Below, piece by piece: positions 37,416-49,985 of a stretch of 64,000 bases of DNA (positions are counted from its first letter, which is position 1; the number at the start of each line of letters is the position of its first letter). The notes beneath the pieces were generated by a model. That model saw nothing but the letters and a program-made list of their open reading frames with translations, did not search any database and was not told the DNA's origin. The position numbers were made by a program, and so were the translations under genes. The DNA lies in the NCBI GenBank assembly GCA_976551045.1, contig CDPCPM010000011.1, positions 8,742,001 through 8,806,000 on the forward strand, in the 5' to 3' direction. Origin of the DNA: Glaucostegus cemiculus (taxonomy: Eukaryota).

Positions 37416-38989
37416 CATTAGCTAAAGTTGGGGCTGGTGCTATTTATTGCTTAGTTTGGAACTGCATGCCAATTGGGGAAGGGTAAACATATGGAAGCAT
37501 CTCAACTGGTGAAGATCCAGTTCCAGCCCTGGACCAGCATTTCCTCAGACTTTCTATTGGCCAGGCATTTGTGGAACCTAATGAGGTCCAAGATTACCCA
37601 ACACATACAAAAGCCCCATTGCTGGCAGAAAGTTGAGCTTCTGGGGACAACCTATTTTTCCTGTTCACTCACATTATAACACACTGAGACTGGACAGGAG
37701 ACAACAGCCCCCAGCAGTCAGGATTGTGGAGACCACACCAGTGATGCTTCCTCCGCTGCTCAAAGTTGTTTAGTTCAAACCAATTCTGAGCTGCAGGCCA
37801 GGGTCACTGGCCTCTCAGTCAGACCACACCTCAAGGTGGTTTGGGATAATTCATGGCACAAGACTGGATCACGCCAGACTATTGCGTGCTAGGTGCCCGG
37901 CCGTACAGGAAATCACTGCGTTCTCCCTCTCCCACCTTTTCCTTCACTTCCATGGCAGCCTTTTCTGTGGCTATTATGGGACTGGTTCTTCAGACTTTGA
38001 CTAGTTTTCCAGCAGTCAATGCTACATGGCAGCTGTGAGCTTTGCACACAGCCCCCAGCAGGAGCTACATATAAGTAAGCATTAAATTAGGATCCATGTG
38101 GACAAGCACATTTTCACTCAGTTTCACAAATGTTTTCAGGACATCCAAATAGGCACAAATATCACAGTAGCAAGTATGGTATACCAAGAGAGAATGAAAT
38201 CAACCTCTAGCTTATGATTGTGACAGTCTTAACCCATTTAGGTAGGGACATGAACATGCAGGGAATGGAGGGATATGGATCATGTACAGCAAATGGGATT
38301 AGTTTAATTTGACATCACGGTCGACACAGATATTGTAGGCCAAAGGGCCAGTTCCTGTCCTGTACTGTTCTATTATCAATTAAGACGTAGTTAAACTGTT
38401 GCTAAAAAATAAAACCCAAAATATTTAAAAGCAATTAATCCACTTAAATAAGCTAAAATAATTGTTAAAAGATCTAATTTACCTAACCCCCAGTAGCCTT
38501 TCTGCTCCATTGAAATCAATGGGAAAGCTGGCCTTGCCTCAAGATTCCCCATTCACAGCTGGAGAACCGTTGTCACCTTAGACTCCTTTGAGTTGGCCAC
38601 AACCTTAGGACCTCCGTGTTCACATACACGCGGATTGCAAGGCAAAGTTGCTCTCAGTTACACATGTCGGAAAACACCAACAGCTTTACCAAGATTTCCA
38701 TACAAAGCTGCAGTAACTACAGCATGGCTCTCGCGGATCTCTATCTGTGGCTTAAAGTAGAGGAACCCACCTTGTGCAACCATAGCAACTACTTTTAAGT
38801 GGGAATTATGCTGGTATCGTGAGGCAGGGTGGGGGGGGGGGAAATAGTCACAGGGACCCATTCACCTCAACCTTGCCACATTCCCACCCACTGCCAGTAC
38901 AGTTTGAGAAAAGGAACTATTGTCTGCAAAATAAATTGGCACACACTGGAAGTTCGGATCTGGAAGTAGGGCAATTTCTTGCGGCAGAG

Positions 38990-39510
38990 CCGGATGAACA
39001 TACACTGTTGTAGAACCACATGGGCAAGACCTGAACTGTATCGTGTGCAGTTTTGGTTGCCCACCTACAGTAGGGATGTAATTTGGCTAGAAAAGGTGCA
39101 GAAAAGATTTACAAGGACTGGAGGATTTAAGTTATAGGGAGAAACTGGATCGGGTGGAACTATATTTCCTTAGAGCATAGGAGACTGAGGAGCATAGATA
39201 AGATGGATGGTAGCAGTCTTTTTCCTAGGATTCTAAAACCAGAAGGTGTAGGTTTAAGTTGAGAGGGAAAAAATTTAAAAGAGGGACCTGAGGGACAAGA
39301 TTTTCATGCAGAGAATGGTGCACAAGCTGCCAGAGGAAACTATGGAGGAAGGTACAGTTACAATGTTTATTGTCATCTGTACAGTTACAATGGATAGGAA
39401 AGGCCTAGTGGCATATGGGTCAAATGCCGGCAAGTGGGACTAGCTCAGATAGACATCTTGGTCAGCACGGACAAGTTGGACCAAAGGGCCTACTTCTATA
39501 TCACATGACT
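38990..39510 (+). mobile_element. CR1/HER1 3' fragment; further tails at ~38240-38375 and ~39720-39845
   Basis: GTGCAGTTTTGGTTGCCC...LEKVQKRFTR coding remnant and tail GGACCAAAGGGCC. Confidence 0.8.
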
Positions 39511-41199
39511 CAGAATCCGGAGAGATGCAGGTCTGTATGGCTGGATCATTTAGATTTCATTGACAGGTGCAGAAAACAATCAAAAAGTCTAGTGGAATGT
39601 CAAGTTTTTCATCCAGAGACCCATTCACTCCATGAACTCCAGGGTATAATTACTGACATTGAGTACTGGGGTCAGATTCCCTGGTACTTGCAAGATTATA
39701 AGGCAGTTTGATTTTTAAGGATATGGACTGAAGGATACAGAACCTGAGAAGAATTCAGACCTAATACAGACAAATGGGATGAGCAAGACAGGCCAGCATG
39801 AATGTGGTGCACAGAAGGGCCCATTTCTGTGCTGTATGACTGTGACACTAACATTTTCAAAACATTGTAGAGAAATTGTTTCTCTCCATTCGTCATATTT
39901 TCACCACTAGACAAGTTCTATACCAAGGGTCAACATTAGAGCCAAGCCTTTCCAAAGTTAGGAAACACACCTACATAGCTACAGTGGTAGAGGTTTAGAA
40001 CTTTTCCACAATACTTCATTCTTACACACTCAACTGTTGGTTTTAAGTCAGAAATTGAGATAATTTTATTAAACAAAAGAGAAGAGGAAAAGACATGCTT
40101 AACATTATATCACCAATTCAGCCATGCTCTCATTAAGTAGTGAACGATATTGTTGTTAAATGTCTTGTGTCCATTATCCAAAAAAATGAGGCTAAATGGC
40201 TTCCCCGATTCCTACATTAGCAGCATTACTACAAACTGAACATCTCATCCTGCACCAGCCAAGACAACTTGCACATAGCTCAACTTATTAATCTCTCTTC
40301 ACAAAAAGTAGATAATTAATATCATATTAGTATAATGTTTTACACTGGTCAGCACAGTTCAAACTATAGCAAAGTTGTCACAATCAACTTCTATGATGAT
40401 CTCACAACTACCTCATTGACCAGGTCCTTTGCCCATCTGACCTGACGTTTCTATCAATTTCTGTTTGATAACAACTTGTTTAGTTTTTCGGAATGTCTTA
40501 ATAAAGTACCAATGCTATTCAAATTCAGGTGGTGGGTGTTTATTATAGCGGCTGTATCTTGTGGTCTAGAAGCATTGAAAATGGATACCCAATCTGAACC
40601 ACACAGCCCTTCTCCTTGTGCAGCGGCATGGAAGTTGAGCTAGATGCAAATTCCATCATATGACATTTCCCAAACTGCTGATTACTGCATTCAACACATT
40701 CACTGTCACCAAGTTAAAGATCTTCAGAGGCCCTGCAAGTAACAAAGTGACTTAAAACAAAACTATCCGGCAAAGTTGGAGTATTTCCAATAGGCAACTA
40801 TGCTAGTGTATGGCTGGAATCTCACACACCAGGGCAGGAAGGAAAGTTACTGCCCTCAACTAAAGATCATTAAAACAATTTCAATAAAAAGGGAAACAGA
40901 ATGTTTTTTGTCATAACATCTGCCCCACTTCTCTATGGTAAACTGTGCTTTTCCCACAGGCAGCCCTTGAACGATCTACTGCGTGTCCTATTCCTGACTT
41001 TATTTCTTAATATCAGCAAACAGCAACCTCATCCTTGGCTGACTATTCAAGCTAACTGTTTAAGGAATCAGTTCAAATGACGAAGTCCCCTGCTCTAATC
41101 AGAATCCATATCAAGTATACAGAATCGTCTAGATAAATGTTTTAAAGCTGTGATTTATTCATCGAACTTTGCCCCACCCTCAGGGTATAATTAAACTGT

Positions 41200-41665
41200 G
41201 GTTTGTGAGAGGCTTTGGGAAATGCCCATTATGAGTATCTGATAGACTCAATTGGTGGAACTCTTTTTGAGTGTGAATATGTGCAGACTCACATGGGCAC
41301 TCATGTCAACTCCAAGACTTGAGTATGTGGTCAAGGTTGATGCCTCGCGGAGCAGAGAAGCAATGCTGCAATGTCAGAGTTGCTACATAATAGGTCAATC
41401 ATTAAAGCAACATGAAGTGTATCTACTTATTTTAAAACAATTTAATTAGGAGTAAATTTGGGGAAGGGGGTGAAGAGGTTCTCCTAGTATTTTGTCCAAA
41501 ATACATCCATTAACATTCACAAGACACAAACAGTTTTATTTTGTTCAGCTGACTGTGTCACGCCCAAAGGGGCCTCTGTGCTTTCTGTATAATAATTACA
41601 CTTGAAACGCTAATTCATTGGTATGAAATACTTCTGGGAATCCTGAGCATAGAAAAGGCAATATA
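41200..41665 (+). mobile_element. Highly decayed DeuSINE-like element
   Basis: Loose match to the SacSINE body (CTCCAAGACTTGAG...TGCTGCAATGTCAGAG) and tail (CATTGGTATGAAATACTTCTGGGAATCCTGAG...AAAGGCAATATAA). Confidence 0.45.
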
Positions 41666-43235
41666 ATTACACAAATTCTAATTTTCCAAGTTGTCCTTGC
41701 CTAATCTAAGATCACTGCAAGTACAATTTCAACCAAAATTCTGAGAGAATGTATCCATTCTGAAAGTACAGCCTGTAGAAATCTGAATAACACTTGAGGT
41801 GTTATTTCAAAATAAACCAGCTTTCATGTGTCAGTAACAATCACCAGTCCAAATTGACAGTGAAGCACTTAAAAAAAATGAATTAACAGTTGTATTGTAC
41901 CAGCAAATTGTATTTACCAGCCATCTCATCAACAGTTCCTTGGGCTTACAGAAGTGTTCACTGTATAAGTGTAATTATTCTGCAAGTTCAGCTACTGATG
42001 TTGTTGCAATTTATTAAAAGATATTTAAAATATACCTTAAAAAAGATAATTCTATATGCACACAGAAACAAAACACATTTAGTTCTGACAATTTTTATCC
42101 AACTCACTCATGGTTATGTTGTTGTGGCAAATGCCAACAGTTTCAATATTGACTCATTTGGTATCCTAGAACACAGAGCCAATAAATTATATTTCCTTGG
42201 TGCCAAGGTCATCAATAGATGAAGTAAATTAACTTATATTCAATTAGGTAAAAAAAATAAAACAGGCAAGGATCCACTGACTCACAACTTGTATGCCTGG
42301 CCATACAATTTCCTGCTGTTTTACTGATCAGTGAGCCTGCCAGTACACACAGGACGTCATCACTGACCTTTTAATCTTTATTAAAAAAAAATCTACCTTT
42401 ATAGTTTGTCCACAATAGATCCTGTATTGCAACTGAGCAAAAAGTAGCAGAAGTACCTATCTCCTCCTTAATCTATGTTTTCAGCTATTGTTGACTGCCT
42501 GAACCATTTACTCTGTATTGCGTGATAACAAAGATTTGCAAATTTCAACAAAGCCTATGTTTGGTTAAAAGTCTCTTGCACAAGCAAACAAACTTTGAGT
42601 CGTTCCCTAACTGGACTGGAGGGATTCCCTGTTATGTCCTGAGAGAAATGCAGCACATACAGAAACAGATAACATTCCCATTTCCTGCTCTTTACAAGAA
42701 GTTTCCTTGCAATATTAGAAAGAAAGGAAGCAACAATTATCAGTTGTTGTAGTATAGTATCCTGCAGGAAAGTCTGCATTGGGGGGTGGGGAGGGGGTGC
42801 AGAGCAAAGTCAGAGCAAGAGCAGAATACTAAGGAATGACAGCCAAGAATGCTGCTGTGAAGGATTAAATAACATTCGACTCCCTCTGATGCACTGCACA
42901 GAAATCTAAGGCTACAGTTTCTAAACAGATTCGAGCTCTTGGTTCAAGTAGATCTGCATTTAACCATTATATTTAAACCTACTGACTCGACACAAGCACA
43001 TAAATTTGATTTAGTTTGTTTAAATTCAGATCTAAATGTTATTCTACTGGCGAATTTAGAACCAAACAGAATCTACATATAAATTATCACTGTCAACAGT
43101 AACATTTAGAAGAGTTAAACAGAGTACAAAATACATTACTTTCCTTACTGCATTGCTATTCACTTTTATTTTCCAAACTTCCAAAACACGAATCACAAGT
43201 TAACACGGGTTATCAGTTAGAATAGAGGCACAAAC

Positions 43236-43290
43236 CTTCAAAATCTGATATAATCCCCTCCAACTGGTCATTTACTGATATGTCAGACAT
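43236..43290 (-). CDS. SEPTIN9: Septin-9 alternative first coding exon, isoform-2 type (MSDISVNDQLEGIISDFE)
   Basis: Minus strand AAG ATG TCT GAC ATA TCA GTA AAT GAC CAG TTG GAG GGG ATT ATA TCA GAT TTT GAA G|GT matches mammalian SEPT9_i2 MSDPAVNAQLDGIISDFE. The phase-1 donor joins CT of the 26518 exon to give GCT (Ala), restoring ...DFEALKRSFE. Too short for the ORF track. Confidence 0.95.
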
Positions 43291-43499
43291 CTTCCCAAAA
43301 TACTGTCCGTCCCTGATTTTAGTCTCACTCCAGACACAAATCCCCCCCCAAAACATACAATTCCACCAGGTTTTCTGGGGGGAGCTGTGATGAGGTTTTG
43401 TCTTCAGTACTTACTAAAGCAACTTTTGAGACTTTGGAGGCTGGCTGCAGTGAAGGCCGCTGAGCCAACCAAAGGCAAAAGCATGCAGGATGAATGAAT

Positions 43500-43640
43500 A
43501 TGGCCCACCCTCCTCACTGACGCAAGCAAAGAACTAGTCAGGCATTTGATTGGTGAACTGAGACGTCTATCAAAAAGGCGCCCAGCTCTGCTGTGAATTG
43601 TGGTGCACCACTGAAACGGAAGGCAGCAGCTTGGGGGCAG
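43500..43640 (-). promoter_or_regulatory. Candidate promoter of the SEPT9 i2-type transcript
   Basis: Repeat-free, locally GC/CpG-enriched sequence just upstream of the i2 exon. CCAAT on the minus strand (43549-43553), TGACGCAA CRE/CEBP-like site (43518-43525), CCCACCC GT-box (43504-43510) and CGGAAG ETS core (43617-43622). Confidence 0.55.
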
Positions 43641-45519
43641 CACAGTATAGCTGCAAAAGAACCCAGATGGTTGGTAGAAATGCTTCAAAAAACCTTTCAG
43701 ACCTTTCATTAGCTGCAATAAAAAAAAGTTGCAGCTGGGAACAATAGATATTGCATTTGTTAAAGAACTGTAAATTCTGGCTGAAAGTGCCAGGTAACTA
43801 CCAATATTTAGTAATTGATAGTATACCTTATTGCAGTGAATGAACAATATTTTGAGGGCTACAGAAAGAGTCTCCAGAGTTAATTCTGTAACTTATATTT
43901 ATCCATATTACTCACATCCTTTTGACCTCATATCATGAGCCTGATAAATAATAAGCAAGAACACATCCGTTTCTTCAGTGCTACTGAGAAGTGTATAATC
44001 TAATAATCACTGCTTTAGAAGGAAAGAACAAGATCATTGATCTGATAAATTTCTGTAGGCAATGCATAGAAAAAACTGTTGTCTCACTGAGCTGAATTTG
44101 AGGCCTTTTTCCTATTGCATCCATACAAAAGGCTGTACATCATAGTTTAATGATAGTCCGACAATATTTTCAATATGCATTGTGGAGATGAAACATTTCC
44201 AAAATTCAGTTTGAATCACTATAATTCAGCTTTACTTATTGCATTTTTTCAGCTTCTACATTACTTGTGGATCATCTTCAATGGAAATATTCTCCTCATG
44301 GGGATTATCCATTCGTCTAACTTGCAACATTCAACTAATCAGTAAGAAATGTCTAAACCAATAACATTTTGCTCTTGTGCGGATATAAATGCATCTCTTA
44401 TGACCACAACAAGCAAAAACATTTGGCAAGATGCATGGAAAACAAAGCAACCCAGGCAAGGCACTTTGTTTTTTGAGTATTCCTGCTTAACTTTAGTGTA
44501 AGCATTATCCAGCACAGAGGTAGTTTCCAAAGGTGTCTTAAAGTCCTCCTGCAGGATTTGCCAGTTTCTTAAAGAAGTTTCTGTCTGCAGAATACTTCCC
44601 TTGCCTTTTTATTTACTTACTTGACTGCTGGATTTAAAGGACTCAAAGGGTGTTACCATTGTTTGAGCCATATCCATTCAACAGTCCATAAACAAGTACC
44701 TTTATTTTGCATAAGAGGTGGAGAATTTGAAAACTTTTGAGCAATGCAAATTTCAACTTTCAAACAAAGCTTAAGACATTGTCAAAACGAGAGTGAGGAA
44801 ACCTTTAATCTTTATTCAGAATATCCTTCTGTCTGATTTTATATTTCTTTTAGATATCATTCCCTGCTTGTCCCATCAAAAAATTTTGGCTTCTCAGTTT
44901 TATTAAATCACAGACAATGGATTGTGTGAAGTTTCGTATTGTGCATTCACACCCACTATGATGTACTTCAGGGCAGCTCACTTCACTTCATCAAGAATGG
45001 AGTCACTTAATCATTAGAGCAATAAACAAATCTAGAATAATTAGTAAGTATGACCATTACTCCATTATCTTGCTACTTTTCTGCAAGTGGCTGTTTGTTT
45101 GCAGTGAAATTACACTTTTTAAAAATCACTCAATTCGTATGTAAACCTCTCAATGAGCAAATATATTTTGAAGATAGTCACATTAGACATTACCATACTG
45201 ATTTGAATGTTTGAATGTATTTTGGACAGGAAAATTCTACTAGCATGGATGCTCCTCAATTTATGTTTTTAACAAAGCAACTCAGTAAATGGCAAAATTG
45301 TCTCTTTTCTCAATCCTTTAATCATTTTTGTTGAATTCCATTTTATCCACATTCTTGTTATTTCATACTTAACACACAGATCTATATTCTTGCGAAATAG
45401 ATTTGGACCTTTTTTTTCCCTGACCAGGGCTCATAAGCTAAAGTTCAAGTCTATAGGTTTTGAGTGTAAGGTTAATTCAAATGATTTTGGGGTTATTGGT
45501 CATACACTCCCTTTTTATC

Positions 45520-45970
45520 ACAAGGATGTTGCCAGGACTGGACGGCTTTGAGTTATAAGGAGAGGCTGGATAGGCGGGGCCAGTGTTCCCTGGAGCATAG
45601 GGGTCTGTGGATTGACTTTAGAGAGGTTTACTAAATTGTGAGGGACATGAATAAAGTAAATGGTTAGGGATTTTTCCCAGGATAGGAGTGTCTAACACAG
45701 GAGGACATTGGTTTAAGGCAAGAGGGGGAAGATTTAAAGGATATCCGAGGAGCAGGTTTCCCCACACAGAAGATGGTGGGTTTATGGAATAAGCTATCAG
45801 AGGAAGTGGTAGAGGTGGGTAGAAATGTTTAAAATCACACGTTAGGAAAGATTTAGAGGGATATGGGCCAAATGCAGGGAAATGGGACTAGCTCAGGAAA
45901 GCGCCTTGGTTAGCATGGACAAGTTGGGCTGAAGAGCCCGTTTCTGTGCTGTATAACTCTATGAATCTAT
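45520..45970 (+). mobile_element. CR1/HER1 3' fragment
   Basis: TRMLPGLDGxSYKERLDR coding remnant and tail GGGCTGAAGAGCCCGTTTCTGTGCTGTATAACTCTATG. Confidence 0.88.
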
Positions 45971-46354
45971 CATTGCCACAGGTATTATTTCAGGGCCAGG
46001 CTGTTGGTATGAAACAAAATTTCTTCTGTCCTTGGATGAATAGTTTTCCATGAATGGAAAGTTTGCTTGGTCGTTGTTCCAAATGGTTACAGCAAAAAAA
46101 AAAAGCACTTTTACTCAAAAATGCATCTGGTACAACATGAGGGCAATTACATAGATACTTTTGAAGAGGAGGAACAAAATTCCATGAACATCAAGATTTC
46201 TGCAGTCTTGGTCTTCAAAAAGACATGACTTCATAATTAATTAAATACCCATTGAAGGGGTGTAAAATAAAACTTACAGAAATAGTTTCAGTGCACTACT
46301 CATTCATTAGTCTATATTATGTGCTCAGATCTCTAGAGCAGAGCCGGAATTAAT

Positions 46355-47556
46355 CATCTCTTGTTAGAATTCTTTGAGTAGGTAATGTACAGGTTTGACA
46401 AAGGAGAGTCAGTGGATGTTACTTGGATTTTCAGAAGGCCTTTGACAATGTGCTGCACATAAGGCTGCTAAAGATGATAAGAGCCCATGATATTAGAGGC
46501 AAGGTACTAGCATGGAGAGAAGATTGGCTGACTGGCAGAAGTCAGAGAGTGGGGATTTGGGGTCCTTTTCAGAATGGCTGCTGGTGAATAGTGGAAATCT
46601 GCAGGGGCTAGTGTTGAGACCATAGTTTTACCCTTTGTACACTAATGATTTGGATGAAGGGACTGATAGCACTGTGACCAAGTTTGCAGATGATACCAAG
46701 ATAGGTGGAGGAACAGGTAGTGTCACAGAGGCAGGGAGTCTGCAGAAGGACTTGGACAGGTTGGGAGAGTGGGCAAAGAAATGGCAGATGGAATACAGTG
46801 TAGGGAAGTGTGGGGTTATGCACTTTGGTAGGAAGAGAAAAGGTGTAGACTATTTTCTAAATGAGGAGAAAATTCAGAAATCAGGGATGCAAAGGGAGGA
46901 GTCCTAGTTCAAGATTCCTTCAACTTGCAGGTTGGGTCAGTAGTAGAAAAAGGTAAATGCAATGTTAGCATTCATTTCAAAAGGACTAGAATATAAAATC
47001 AAGGACATACTGCTGAGACTTAAGGATTGGCCAGACTGCATTTGGAATATTGTGAGCAATTTTGGGCTCTGTATCCAAGGAAGAATGTGCTAGCCCTGGA
47101 GAGGGTCTAGAGGAGATTCACAAGAATTATCCCAGGAATGGCTTAATATATGAGGAGTGTTTGAGGGCTTGTGCTCAATGGAGTTCATAAGCATGGGGGG
47201 GGGGTGGAGGGCATCTCATTGAAACTCACTGGATACCGAAAGGCCTGGATAAAATGGACATGGAGAGGATGTTTCCTTTAATAAGAGAGTCCGAAGGCAC
47301 TGCCTCAGAATAAAGGGAGGAATTTCTTCAGCCAGAGGGTGGTGAATCTATGGAATTCATTGCCACAAAGGGCTGTAGAGGCCAATTCAATGGCTGTACT
47401 TAAGGCAGAGATCAATAGGCTCTTGATTGGTAAGGGGGTTAAGGTCTACAGGGAGAAGGCAGGAGAATGAAATTTTTTCGTCACCAGTCGTGATTGAATG
47501 GTGGAGAAGACTCAATGAGCTGAATGGCCTAATTCTGCTCCTCTGTCTTGTGGACT
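46355..47556 (+). mobile_element. CR1 LINE, RT domain to 3' end
   Basis: LDFQKAFD; ORF 46635-46907 YTNDLDEG...TKFADDTKIGG...LQKDLDRLGEWAKKWQMEYSVGKC; tail TGAATGGCCTAATTCTGCTCCT. Confidence 0.93.
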
Positions 47557-49689
47557 AAAAGCAGATAGATTTTTTTCTAAGAACAATCAGATAGTTTGGT
47601 AATTGTTATTAATGAGTAGCTTAGTGCCTTTAACTTAAATTGTAGTTTATTCAGAATTTTAAATTCCACACTGCTAGGATGGGACTTGAACTCAGGCCTC
47701 TGGTATTATGAGTCACTGATTATATTGGTGCAAGATCGCATCAAAATCCTTTGCTTTATAAAACAACTGAACCAAATTTAAGCTACTCATCTGGAATTTG
47801 GCTGGCCCCAATTTTCAATATTTTTGGTTGCTGAAATTCTCCACCACCAACTTTTTTTGAAACACTAAGCACCATCTGTTTGGACTGAGCTAATCCAGCA
47901 TGTGTTTACTGGTATAAATGACCAATTAAAATGTTCCTTTTAACAAAGCCATGGAATTTAATTAGAGCAATTTTGTTCTCACCAGGAACAGTGACAACAA
48001 TACAATTAATAATAAAAACCTGATGAATCCAGCCTTGTACTCTGTTTTGACATTAAAATCTTATTTACAATACAACAGATTATTCCAAGTGGTTGCTGAC
48101 AATTTTCTTCTGTTTCTCTCCCTTTTCTGCAGAAGAGGTCAGCTGTTTTGCATTATTTCTTTCAAGAGGCCAATCTTCATCTGTGAACCTCACTCTGAGT
48201 TGTTAAAAGGACAATCCATACCCACTTAGAACCTCAAGATAATATTCAAAAGTGGAGATCTGGTTACTTTTCCCCTACTTTATTTGTTGATCAACATTAT
48301 TCCCCTAATAGCACAAAGAATGATTAAATGATGATTATCATACAAAGAAAAAGGAAGTGCAATATGTTCAGGAGTGCTTCAGAGCCAGCTAAGTCTAATT
48401 TGTCCTCCAACAATATGATGCAGTTGAGCACATTCCACACGATGAGGAATACAGTTTACAGCTTTCTGGAACTGGTGGCTCAGGTATCACACTGGCCAAA
48501 GCATTTACTTATTGGGCTATTGTGGAACTGTGAATTGTACTTTTAATGTGGTTTAACCAAGGAAATGGTTTTGATTAACTGGGTAAATTTAAAGGGGGGA
48601 GAAACAAAATACAAACACAATGAAATATACAAACTAAAAGGAACTAGTTACAGCAGGTATTTATTTAGCATCTTTAATATAGTAAAAGTCACAAGAATTC
48701 TAGCAACTGAATGTTGACTCAAAGTAGATAGTAGGGCAAATGAGCAAAAGGTTGGTTAAAGTAGGTTTTAAGGAGGGTCCCAAAGGAGAAAAGAGGTAGA
48801 GTGTGAAGTTTAGCAAGAGATTTCAGAGCAGTAGTCCTTAAATCCTGAAGGTATGTCACAAATGATGGAGTATTTAAATTCAGGAATAATCAAGACTCAA
48901 GAATTGGAGGAAAGACTTCCTAGAGGTCTATGGAAATGAAGGATGTTGCAGAGTTAGGCAAAAGGGAATGACAGTAATTTGAAAACAAGAATGAATTTTG
49001 AAATCAAGGCAGTAATTAACTGGAGGCCTGTGGAGGTTAGAGAGGCTAGGGGCAGTGAATGAATGGAATTAGTGCAAGTTAGGACATGGCAAAGTACTGG
49101 ATGACCTGAAGTCTAGTGTTAACAGAACCATGGACCAAGGTTTCAGTTGGTAGACCGAACCAGGGATGGAATTGTGAGAAGTGAAGATAGAAATATACAA
49201 CTTTAATATTGGATGTTAGAAAGCGGAGGCTAAAAATAGGGTTTGTGCTAAGCTGCTGTTGTACTTTGCACCAACACCCAAATTGGTTCCCAGGATGAAA
49301 AAAAGACATACAATTATGTGTAAAGACGTTTAAAACGTGACTAGGTTGGTTCATACCCTGAAGTAGCACCTAATAGAGGACCACAAGATTTCCTGATAGG
49401 AGATTCATTGTCATTGCCAAGTGGTGTGCAGAGACTGTCATCTGACAGTAAGGACCTGCTCCTTGGCAGCTGCAAAGTAGCTGGATAATGACTGCCATGG
49501 AGGTCTGGAAAAGTGCTGGGGAACTGGGACATAACCATCCACTGCTCACCACAGTCACAGCACAGGCATAGATATTTTATCTGTATGCCAAGGCAATGAA
49601 TGTTTGCTTTTTCTCCAAATAAAACAACATTTTTTTCTAGTATTTAAAGGAAAACTAAAATGCTCATCTGTTGTTGTCAATAGAAGCAG

Positions 49690-49985
49690 ATATGCAGATA
49701 AGGGTGCAATTAGCTGTTCCATGAGATCGCAGCTAAGGTCCGTTTCAACTCCACTTACCCACTTTTCAACACACTTATCTGATAAAAAGTCATCAATCTC
49801 AATCTAGAAAATTTCAATTGACCCAGGAGGAAGTTTGAGATATTCTCCATCACTTCTGGAAAACAAGTGCTTCCTGAGTAGGGAGACCAAACCTACATAA
49901 AATATTCCAGGTGCAGAACTAGCAGCGCCCAGAACAATTGTGGTAAAGCACCTATATTCTCATCAAATCCTCTTGCACTTGGGTT
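49690..49985 (-). mobile_element. Old CR1 3' fragment
   Basis: Decayed reverse CR1 tail and GGAGACCAAA...AATATTCCAGGTG motif. Confidence 0.5.

Noticed and set aside
43404-43847. Whole 147-aa minus-strand ORF as a gene
   Set aside because: It has a non-ATG start and runs through promoter-like sequence. Only the portion from ATG 43484 to the donor is kept as a candidate.
44612-44678. Minus-strand MDMAQTMVTPFESFKSSSQ followed by GTAAGT
   Set aside because: The strong donor is phase 0 and incompatible with the phase-1 acceptor. The phase-1 alternative GTAAAT is weak, and there is no homology.
49750-49765. Minus-strand donor GG|GTAAGT
   Set aside because: It lies inside a decayed CR1 3' end.
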